Shown here in pieces: positions 34,406 to 42,339 of a DNA stretch of 42,339 nt. The stretch covers positions 1-42,339 of the forward strand of contig NIVC01001065.1 in assembly GCA_002269645.1 (NCBI GenBank), read 5' to 3'. Below the pieces are notes generated by a model. The model was given only the letters and a program-made list of their open reading frames with translations. It did no database searches and was not told the origin of the DNA. Source of the stretch: Macrostomum lignano. Its lineage: Eukaryota. Each line of letters starts with the position of its first letter. The first letter of the stretch is position 1. Position numbers and translations under genes: made by a program.

Positions 34406-35189
34406 GGGGGGGGGGGTCAAGATCCCGAAGGCCGCGGCTTAGCTTCGAGCCAAAGGCGGCCCAATCGGTGTTCCTGACATTCCGACTCCAAGTGACCTTA
34501 GGCTTTTGCTTGGTCGGCCCAATGCAAAAGCGGATAAAGCGGTGGTCCGAGAGCGAGTCCTCGTCCCACACTCGCCAGCCCGTAACTGCGGAAAGCAGTC
34601 CGGGTGAGGCGATGGTGGTGTCGATGACTTCGGCCCACCGCCCATTATTGAACGTTGGTGCATTGCCCACGTTACAGAAATTGAGGTTAGTGCTGCTGAC
34701 ATAGGCCAGCAGCTCCTCGCCTCTGCTATTGATGTTTTTGCTGCCCCAATGCAAGTGGTGTGCGTTCACATCCCCTGCAATGAGCAGCTCGAACCGATGG
34801 GACGCAGCATAGTCAATAAGGTTGACTAGCGCGTCGCAGACAACTGGGGCATCGCCCGGGAAATAGGCAGATGCTACCAGCACAGGTTTATTGGGAATGA
34901 GGTTATTGATTTGAACAACACAGATGTCCCCAGACGAGAGATCAGGTCTCATCCATGCCTCAAAAGCTTTCGCAGCAAAGACCAGAGATCTTTGGCGAGG
35001 CTGCGAGCCCGCCATGCAAAAACAGTGGTAGCCAGATGGCACATTATTTGGCTTACCTTTAGTCATCCAGGGCTCCTGTGCGAAGACCAGGCCCGGAAGC
35101 TGTTGCTCTGCCGTGCGCATCAGGTTGACCGACGCCGCCACGCAGTGCTGGGTGTTGATCTGCAGACACCAGGTGGCCGCTGGCATCAT
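34401..35189 (-). CDS. LINE ORF2 N-terminal apurinic-type endonuclease
   Basis: Motifs CLQINTQHC, FAQEPW, VASAYFP, IAGDVNAHHLHWGS...RGEELL, NVGNAPTF, VIDTTI and SDHRFI. Its ATG overlaps the ORF1 TGA (ATGA). Confidence 0.95.
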   Translation of the reverse strand: MMPAATWCLQINTQHCVAASVNLMRTAEQQLPGLVFAQEPWMTKGKPNNVPSGYHCFCMAGSQPRQRSLVFAAKAFEAWMRPDLSSGDICVVQINNLIPNKPVLVASAYFPGDAPVVCDALVNLIDYAASHRFELLIAGDVNAHHLHWGSKNINSRGEELLAYVSSTNLNFCNVGNAPTFNNGRWAEVIDTTIASPGLLSAVTGWRVWDEDSLSDHRFIRFCIGPTKQKPKVTWSRNVRNTDWAAFGSKLSRGLRDLDPPPQ

Positions 35190-36706
35190 TGCAGATCGGA
35201 TGTTGCAGCCGCCAGGAGTTCCTCCTCCTCCTCGGCGCTCACCGGCTTCGGGTCGGGGTCGCCGGTATCCATGGGCTCTTCTTCAGCAAAAGGCCCCCGA
35301 TTGGCTGGAAGGCAGTAGGCAGCGTTCGCCGCCCTTTGCCCACCATCCATGGGGTCCTCCGCGTCAGATTGGCCCAATGCCCTGGAGCAGCCAGCCGCCT
35401 GGGCAGGCGGGTCCGTCTCCAGTCGGCCCTGCCCCGAGGGGTTGGGCCCAGCTGGGACGTCCCCACCCTCCCTGGACGAACTGGTGCGCCTAGGCGTCCC
35501 GGCGACCTCTCGCCTCAGCTGGGCGATTTTGGCGGTACGGACTGCCTCAGCTGCACGCTGGTACAGGCCGCGCCGCTTGGTGCTGCGCGCCGGGCGTCGG
35601 TCGCCTCCGCCCTCAGCAGCGCGCTCAGCTTTGCCCGCGCGGCCGTGCTGCCGGGCAGGGCGGTTTGCTTTGGCAGTCTGAGCAGAGGCTTGCGCCTCGG
35701 CCCCGGCCGCCTCCGCATCCCGCCCGCCCTGCTCACTGCCACGGGGAGGGTCGGCCTCGTAGGAGCGGATGCGCAGCTTCCAAAGGCCGACGTTGATGAA
35801 GCTGCCGTGTGGATAACGCCTCATCCAGGCGTCCGACAGCCCCAGGATGGCTGTAAAGCCAGTGCCGTCGGTGCGCTTAAGGGTGTCATGCACCACAAGG
35901 CCCGCGGCGGGAAGCTCTCGGTTGACTGCTAGCAGTCCTTTCCGGAGCTCGTCAGCAGAGGTAACAACGCTCCTGGCCGGGACCCAGATTCGATGCCTCT
36001 TGGTCCGGGGGCGCTCGTCCTCTCTGCAGAAGGCTAGGTTGAGGTCCCAGCTCTGCTCGGGCAGCAGCTCAAGGAGCCGCCGACCCGAGTCAGCATCACT
36101 GGGCCAAATGAGAAGGCACGAGTCCCTCGTCGCATTCGAATGAATGTTCAGAGGCGTGCCCTTCAGAGTAAGCTTCCACAGGAGGCCATCAACGGCACTT
36201 CTCACCTGCTTCAGCTGATCGGGAGACAGGCGCGCGTCCTTTCCCAGGATGACAACCGCCGGTTGCCTCTTTGCCGCATCAGCGTAGGAGGCCCGGGGGT
36301 CAGTGGAGCTTTCTTCAGGTGGGCTGTCCACCCTCCCGGCTGCATCGGCCTCCCTATCCTGGGTAGGGGCTTCCGTGGGCTCGAGGCCCTCTTCCGCCAC
36401 CGCCCCAGACTGGGAAGCTTCCGCTGCCGCGGGCCGTTGGCCCCTGGCACCGGTTTGGCTTCCGCCCTCCTTGGCCCGCCTCGCCTTGTTAAGTCGACGG
36501 CGGGCAGCTCCAGAGGTGGTGCTGCGTTGCTTAGCAGCTGGAGTAGCAGGTGTCTTCTTGGAGGCACCGCTCAGAGTTGGCTCCACGGGTCTCGCCGAGG
36601 CGTCCCCGATGGTAGCAGGTGGTATGGCCGAGGAGTCCACGGCCCCAGCCGAGGCCGGAGGCACTGTGTCATCCACAGCCGGTTTGTTACTTCGGTTAGA
36701 AGCCAT
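35186..36706 (-). CDS. LINE ORF1, 506 aa from the first ATG (36706); DUF4780-like core, no CCHC knuckle
   Basis: Open frame. The tracked start at 36826 is TTG, so ATG-MASNRSNKP at 36706 is preferred. Basic N-terminus (SGAARRRLNKARR) and a core PAVVILG...RIWVP...GLLAVNRELP...GFTAILGL resembling LOA-clade ORF1. Confidence 0.85.
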   Translation of the reverse strand: MASNRSNKPAVDDTVPPASAGAVDSSAIPPATIGDASARPVEPTLSGASKKTPATPAAKQRSTTSGAARRRLNKARRAKEGGSQTGARGQRPAAAEASQSGAVAEEGLEPTEAPTQDREADAAGRVDSPPEESSTDPRASYADAAKRQPAVVILGKDARLSPDQLKQVRSAVDGLLWKLTLKGTPLNIHSNATRDSCLLIWPSDADSGRRLLELLPEQSWDLNLAFCREDERPRTKRHRIWVPARSVVTSADELRKGLLAVNRELPAAGLVVHDTLKRTDGTGFTAILGLSDAWMRRYPHGSFINVGLWKLRIRSYEADPPRGSEQGGRDAEAAGAEAQASAQTAKANRPARQHGRAGKAERAAEGGGDRRPARSTKRRGLYQRAAEAVRTAKIAQLRREVAGTPRRTSSSREGGDVPAGPNPSGQGRLETDPPAQAAGCSRALGQSDAEDPMDGGQRAANAAYCLPANRGPFAEEEPMDTGDPDPKPVSAEEEEELLAAATSDLQ

Positions 36707-36942
36707 TGGCTGGAAGTAAAAAGGTGGGACTTCCTGCAGAACACAGGCAAAGAGCCGCAAGGCCGCAACCCCAAACCAAGCGGCAGGCCCCCAAAAAGCA
36801 AAATACCACCCTGCGGGGGGACCCAAGAGCGCAAGGGGAACCGTTAGCGACCAGACTACTCCCTGGCCAAGCGTCCATCAGCACGGAGTTACACTGGGAC
36901 ATTAGAGGGTGCGTTTATGGTCACACCAGGACCCGGCGCCAA

Positions 36943-37081
36943 CGAATCAGCTCGGCAGGGCCCAAAGGGGCCTGCCTTAACACCCACGGGACGAGTACCC
37001 TTCGAAGTGCGCCTTGCAAGGTGAAAATCAGGAGACAGAGTCTCTTGAGCTATCGGCCCGCCAGGGGAGGCAGGTGTGAGC
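36943..37081 (-). ncRNA. Candidate HDV-like self-cleaving ribozyme in the LINE 5' UTR
   Basis: Manual fold: P2 CGAA/TTCG, P3 GGG/CCC, L3 TACTCGT, P1' GTGGGT, P1.1 AC/GT, 9-bp P4, J4/2 CTGA. See findings. Confidence 0.5.
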
Positions 37082-37194
37082 ATCGCTGGCTGGGATAAAG
37101 GCCATACCAGTCTCATACTGCACAGATAGTTCACCACGCCATTACGTGCAGGACCCGGGGTCCTGGGGGCAACAGCCCCGGCGGTAGAAATGTC

Positions 37195-38400
37195 AGGATT
37201 TCCACATTTCTTTCATCTCGGTGAAAACTGTCTGCTTTTGTTGTCGAACGTTAGCGACACCTTTCGAAAGAGATTCTTCGCCAATATTTTAGAAATCTCC
37301 TAAACTCCGCACCCGCTCTGCCGACCGGAAAAGACCAGGCAGCGGTTTACCCCCGATTCGCCGAATCCTGATTTGCCGATTCCCAGCACGCCGAATCCCG
37401 ATTCGCCGAAATTCCTCATTTGCCGAATCCCCACTTGCCGATTTCCTTGTTTGCCGAAATTCCTCATTAGCCGAAATTCCTCATTAGCCGAAATTCTTAA
37501 TCGCTGCTCTGGAACTTTTTGAACTTTTTTAAAGACATTACCACTCAGTTATTCATGAATAATTTTCATAATAAAACTAGTTTGTCACTAAGTTTGTTTT
37601 GCATTTCCCTGGTGTGCTTTGCGTTCTACATAGATCGTATAAGTCAATACCAGTCGTACATATCGTCAATACACCAATGAACGCAACTAGAAACTAGAAC
37701 AATTTGAAACTAGAACAAACGGTTCAAACAACGTTTAGCTACTGTATATGGAAATTATTCATGAATAACTGAGTGGTAATTTCTTCAAAAAAGTTCAAAA
37801 AGTTCCAGAGCAGCGATTCAGAATTTCGGCAAACCAGGAATTTCGGCAAATCGGGAATCGGCGACTCGGGGGTAAACCCAGGCAGCAATGTCTCTGGATT
37901 CTCATTCACCGGAACTGGCGTACGTGCAGCAATTCTGAATCAATTGTTTTTTTGGTGCAGTCGGTTCAGTTGAAGCTTCATCAATGCCTTGCTCGAAAAA
38001 TCCATTCGAGTAACTGCATGAATCTGGGACTGTCATCGGCTGACTCGAAGTGTCTGAAAGGGCTATGCACTGCTACGGGGTCAGCCTCGGAACCACTGAG
38101 CATCTGAGCGAATTTCACTCGAGCTCGAGCTGCTGTGTCCTGGCCAGTGAAGTCCTTGAACACAGCAAGTCAAGCGTCCATGGACACGAAACTGTTGAAA
38201 ATTTTCTTTACCGAACATCAAAAGCCATCAATTTATGCAACTGTCCCAGAATATCCGAAAGTCCTTGCAAGATATGTGAAGATGTATTTTTAATTATCGT
38301 ATTTAGAGTTCAGCACAGGCCATTCACCCACCTCTGTGGACAAATTTCTGATTGAGGGAATCAATAATCATATGCAAAAACGATAGATTTAAAAAACTTG
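37195..38400 (+). pseudogene. Polinton/Maverick pPolB remnant, 3' part (interrupted by the MITE)
   Basis: LRQYFRNLLNS (37276-37308; compare LRxxAKLxLNS). One frame from 38108 then reads ANFTRARAAV...SMDTKLL (DT at 38183)...YLEFSTGHSP (38300-38329)...LIEGINN, matching the order and spacing of AAFTTAHARL / YxDTDS / EFVSGGPK / KVKG. Confidence 0.6.
37344..37878. mobile_element. 535-bp MITE with long TIRs containing subterminal tandem repeats (Mutator/Foldback-like or other 8-9-bp-TSD family)
   Basis: Termini GGTTTACCCCCGATTCGCCGA and TCGGCGACTCGGGGGTAAACC; inverted arms 37344-37570 and 37748-37878; TSD CAGGCAGC at 37336-37343 and 37879-37886 (CCAGGCAGC if the terminal C is counted). Confidence 0.93.
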
Positions 38401-39192
38401 GAGGGCAAAATGGAATCTAAGATTTATTGAAGGCAACCAGAGTTTTGCACATAAAAACAATCTCGCAGTAAATGAGCAAAACTCGACAAACCTCAGCAAA
38501 TGTACTTATCGATGTTTGTACCTGTGCAGGTTTCTGCCAGCTCTTAGAATGCTTGTTAGCAATCAGCGATTGCTAAGCTACACTTGCTAAAACAAATCGA
38601 ACCTTTGTCTCTTTAACTCTCTACAAGCTCTTTTGCCTACTGAAGAGTAGCAATAAAATACTCTCCATCGAATATTCTCTTATCCATTCCAAGGTTGGCT
38701 TCTACCAGAACTCACAGACACATTCAGACTGTTTCTGTTTTGTTCTTAAAATGTGGAGAAGGTGCTCTGAAGCCCCTTTGTTTAATTCGTCTAAATGAAT
38801 GGATCTTAATATTCTTTGCCTAGGGACAGGCCAATTTCACTGTTTAGAGAGCAAAATAAAAAACAAATAAGATCGAAATTTTGATATTTTAAAGATAAAC
38901 TTTTCACTGTATATTTAACATTGATCGCATCTCACAATCATAAATCAAATCTTCACTAAAACACCGTGTGGCTATTGTAAAAACCACAAGAATAAATGAT
39001 ATTTATTTTGCGTTTTCCTCTTTGGCAACTTTGTAGAAACTTTGAGTCTGTTCTCACATGAGGAAGCTAAAAGATAGTAATTGTATTGATTTTATAACCC
39101 GAATTCAGAAAAGCACCATGTACCAAGAAATCTTGAATAAAAAATAAGCAGTCAAGAGTCAGAACTGTCTTCTGAACAGTACGAGCGGAAGA

Positions 39193-40514
39193 TCAATAGC
39201 ACCTGAATTTCATCAGACTGCGCCTCATTGGAACGTGTTTCTCGTGCACGTAGAAGCTCATGTACGTTGGATCGTTAGTGATTTTTGTGTCGGTGGTGTA
39301 GGCTCCGTTCAGGTTCACCCAGTGACACCCGCCGTACCACCAACCACCGTAGCCGTACAATCGAGAGCACGAATGCTTGTCAGTGTCGTGATCTCGGTCG
39401 AATGTGCTGAACCTCATATTGTTGTGGTACAGAAACCAGTTGCCCAGTTCTGACCGGCCGACCTGCAGTCCGACGCGCAGGCGGTACTGCTGCTCAGGAC
39501 CGAGCACTTGGAACATTCTGAACTCGGCGTTGTACCTCCCGCCTCTGAAGCTCTGGACCTCGATTCTTAACCGGCACCGAGAAGTCAGGGCGTAGCTGTT
39601 CTTTTCAGCAGTTTTCGTCATCTCGGACAGCCGGTCCAAGCCTGTGGGTTAAAAATAGAGAATAAGCTACTTTATTGTTAAATATTTTTGCAATTAGCTC
39701 CTACTTCGAGACTGTAAAAAGCAATTTGCAATTTTGTAAAATAGGACTGGATGCTACTTTCACCAGGTAACTGAAGCTCGTTATTTCCGCTTCTGCTCAA
39801 CTCACCCATCCAGTAGTTGGAGCTGGGATTTCCGAATCCCTTCACATAGGAGTCCCAGTTCTGAGCGAACGAGAGGCTGCCGTCGACCCGCCTCTGGAAC
39901 ACGATCCAGCGGTGCCGGTTGCACCTCAGCCTCGGCAGGTTGGCGCTGCTCCTGAAGCCGAACCTCACCGGAATGCTGCCGACTCTGCCGAGAGCTTCGA
40001 ACTGCAGCGCCTGGCCGATGTTCGACGGGTTGCTCACGAGCTCGTTTCTGAGTTGCTGGCACCTGCGGAACGAGCTGCACAGAAAGACGAGGTCGGCCCT
40101 CCTGCCCGAGTTTTTCACCTTCGCCATCACGGAAAGCCCGGACTGTCGGCTGGACAAGCCTTGGTCCGCCTTCACATTCAGCCCGATGATCGACACGCGG
40201 CCGACTTTCTTCGACGAGCCCTTGCGCGATCGGAGCGTGTTGGGATCGATGCGAATCGACAGAGTCAGTTGGTACTTCTTGTACCCCCAGTTGAAGTTCA
40301 CGGCACTGCATGAGGACTGGAAAGCAACTCTCGGCTCGGCAACGCGAACGCCATCAATTTCAAAGACACCCAACTTCGATCCTTTGAATGTGGTGGTGCC
40401 GACTCGAGCGAAGCTGCTCACGTCCATGTAATCCGACTGTCCGTTGGAATCTGCAGAAAGCGTGCAGCAGGCGAGACCTAACAGAAGGGCGATGAGCAGA
40501 GTCCAGGACTGCAT
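39193..40514 (-). CDS. Secreted fibrinogen-related-domain (FReD) protein, 385 aa, two exons (40514-39806 and 39641-39193)
   Basis: ATG at 40514 with signal peptide MQSWTLLIALLLGLACCTLSA; phase-1 GT-AG intron of 164 bp joins YWMG|LDRL. FBG motifs WIVFQRRVDGS, FGNPSSNYWMGL, LRIE, FSTFDRDHD, GGWWYGGCHWVNLNG and MKFR are intact. Confidence 0.93.
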
Positions 40515-40628
40515 TTTGGCTGCAAGTTGAGCTTGTTAGAGTGCTTGACTGAGTTCTGACCGATGCGATGAGAGCCGCGGCAAGACTAGGAATATATATA
40601 CCCGACTGACACTGCGCTGAGAGGATTC

Positions 40629-40730
40629 GCATATCCGTATTATCCAGTTGTCCATGCATCTGCATATCCGTATTATCCAGATGTCCATGCATCTGCATAT
40701 CCGTATTATCCATATGCCAATATATCCGTA
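40629..40730. repeat. 33-bp tandem repeat (GCATATCCGTATTATCCAGTTGTCCATGCATCT), about 2.6 copies plus a degenerate tail
   Basis: Read directly; lies about 115-215 bp upstream of the FReD start codon. Confidence 0.9.
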
Positions 40731-42339
40731 TATCTGTCTTTCCGTATATCGCTGTATGGTGTTAACAAATTCATATGAAAGAGCCACGCAGAAAACGAGC
40801 CAAGCCAAGAAATACGCAGAGTGAGGCGAGGCCAGCTCAAGTATAATAGTGGCACAATGAGAAAGATAGAGCGAATAAATGAGACAATAGAGGCCCACAG
40901 TGGAAGGCAACTGGAGTGTGACAAGACTACAGCAGCCGCCATCCATTCCAGACAGAAGAAAAGGCGAGACGGCGAGTTTGGGCGAGGCGTTTGACAGGCG
41001 AGGCCAGCCAGCAGCAGAAGATTAATGAGCGCAGCACGTGGCCGGGCCGGAGTCCGCCGGAGGGTGAGGAGGAGCGAGCGCACCCAAGACCGGCGGCGGA
41101 CCCCGAGAAGCGCAGCAACCGAGGGGTGGACGTGCGAACCGAGTCACAAAATGCTCACAGAATGGCCTCCTCTAATTGCTCCAACTCATGCAAAGCAAAA
41201 GCGCCCAAAACCATGCAAATAAATCTACCCTCGCCCCGTCTAAACACGCAAGTCTAATGTAGGAACCAGAGAAAATCTTCATATAATAGCTTTCATAATC
41301 CCCTGCCATTGCGGACCACTCAACCGGCGCAGGGAATGGAACATCCAAATGCCTATGAAATAGATGAGGCCGCATTCCCGAGCGGTGCAACTCGTTTTTT
41401 GGAGATCTGTTAAGATTTATTGCCTCACTTGCACAATCGAACTCCAAAACTTTTTTGTATATATGGACGGCGACTCCAAGCTGAAAGAGTACAAGTAAAT
41501 AATAAATTAAATCAAACTATGTAATAAAACACAGCCAACCGCGATCTTTGGTTGTAAAGCTGGCGACGTTACGGCTGTGGGAAGAGTATGCTCTGGGATT
41601 CTTACCGCTAGCGGATTTCGAGAGAGAAACAGACGGTGACACGGAAGACAGTATTGATGGTATTCACACTGTTTTTAAATCTTAGTCGTTCTAAGAAAAA
41701 CATAGATCGCTCAAGGTCAATCGGCTGAGTCGGCAGAATAGCGGGATGCCCGTCTGCAGGACGACTGCGAGCGACGAACTCGACGGAAATCCGTTGCGAC
41801 AGAAGCTGAGCTGACTTTATCGGTGTGCCTGCTGGACTGTACGTTGCGCAATCGAATTTGAGCATCCTAAAACTTAATTTACTTCAATTGACCCTGTCTG
41901 TGAGTGCTTTATTGGTTCAACCGGGTGTGGCTTGGTTGGGTGTTGAACGACTGGCTTTGGTCACGTGCCCCCGGCTTGGGTGGCGATTATTTCATGCGAA
42001 GCGACTCTCGCTGACCCGCCAAGCGCGTGTCGATTTTTTAGCAATTTTTTCGCAGTGGCGGACCGCGAAAAGCTCATGCACCTGAGCAAGTTGGTATAAC
42101 AATGGCAATCGACTGTCATCTAGGGACTATCGTAGGAACTACGTATTAGGGATAGGACTTAGAATTTAGGTTAGGGAATTAGCAAATTGCACTGTTATCA
42201 GAGCGTGGTGGAGTGCAGTAGTTGTGGACAGCTGCACTCTACAAAAAGCCACAAGCGCTGGAGGACGGCAGTGCAAATGGAGATGTTAATTACAGAATGT
42301 TAATTACATTCTGAACACTGAGACATTCCAGACGTCGCA

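Larger units (their letters stand above)
31366..37182 (-). mobile_element. Full-length LOA/Lian-like (R1/I-group) non-LTR retrotransposon, 5817 bp
   Basis: 12-bp TSD GGTAGAAATGTC at 31354-31365 and 37183-37194; 3' tail (TAAGTCAAG)2 on the minus strand; two ORFs with the domain order APE-RT-RNaseH-CCHC. Confidence 0.95.
37904..41577 (+). repeat. Segmental duplicate copy B (paralogous to 26854-29279)
   Basis: Same anchors as copy A; retains three blocks missing from A (about 38010-38585, 40216-41024 and about 41240-41325). Confidence 0.92.

Noticed and set aside
31748-36847. Plus-strand ORFs antisense to the LINE (e.g. 35189-35932, 36140-36847, 32528-33067)
   Set aside because: Shadow ORFs of GC-rich coding sequence with no recognisable motifs.
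37020-37135. Three-way junction in the LINE 5' UTR (GGTGAA/TTCACC, CTATC/GATAG, GAGAC/GTCTC) as a hammerhead or twister ribozyme
   Set aside because: It has CTGA but not the CTGANGA plus GAAA hammerhead core on either strand, and no twister GTCCCAAG-type motif. Kept only as probable UTR structure.

Overview
Eukaryotic, most likely invertebrate animal, repeat-rich genomic DNA; GT-AG introns and TTAGGG-type repeats are present and there are no prokaryotic features. The only clearly intact host gene is a two-exon secreted fibrinogen-related-domain (FReD) gene (39193-40514, minus), with a broken paralogue at 27807-28795 inside a diverged segmental duplication. Between them is a full-length 5.8-kb LOA/Lian-like (R1/I-group) LINE (31366-37182, minus). 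It has a 12-bp TSD, a DUF4780-like ORF1 and an APE-RT-RNaseH-CCHC ORF2 broken only by one homopolymer frameshift. Its 5' UTR folds on paper into an HDV-like ribozyme, the most interesting candidate here. The LINE and a young long-TIR MITE (37344-37878) both interrupt an eroded Polinton/Maverick-type protein-primed PolB, and a second, different PolB remnant lies at about 26.1-26.75 kb. The rest is a TE graveyard: a decayed Jockey/I-like LINE with a nested Mag-like gag insert and a microsatellite grown inside ORF1, a decayed Gypsy whose gag coiled coil expanded as a 21-bp heptad minisatellite, and an I-group LINE 3' end whose tail became a (CAA)n tract. There are also at least nine minisatellite arrays (15-33 bp units), several with higher-order structure or shared cores and flanks. 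All family assignments come from motif recognition by eye, and identity counts are manual.
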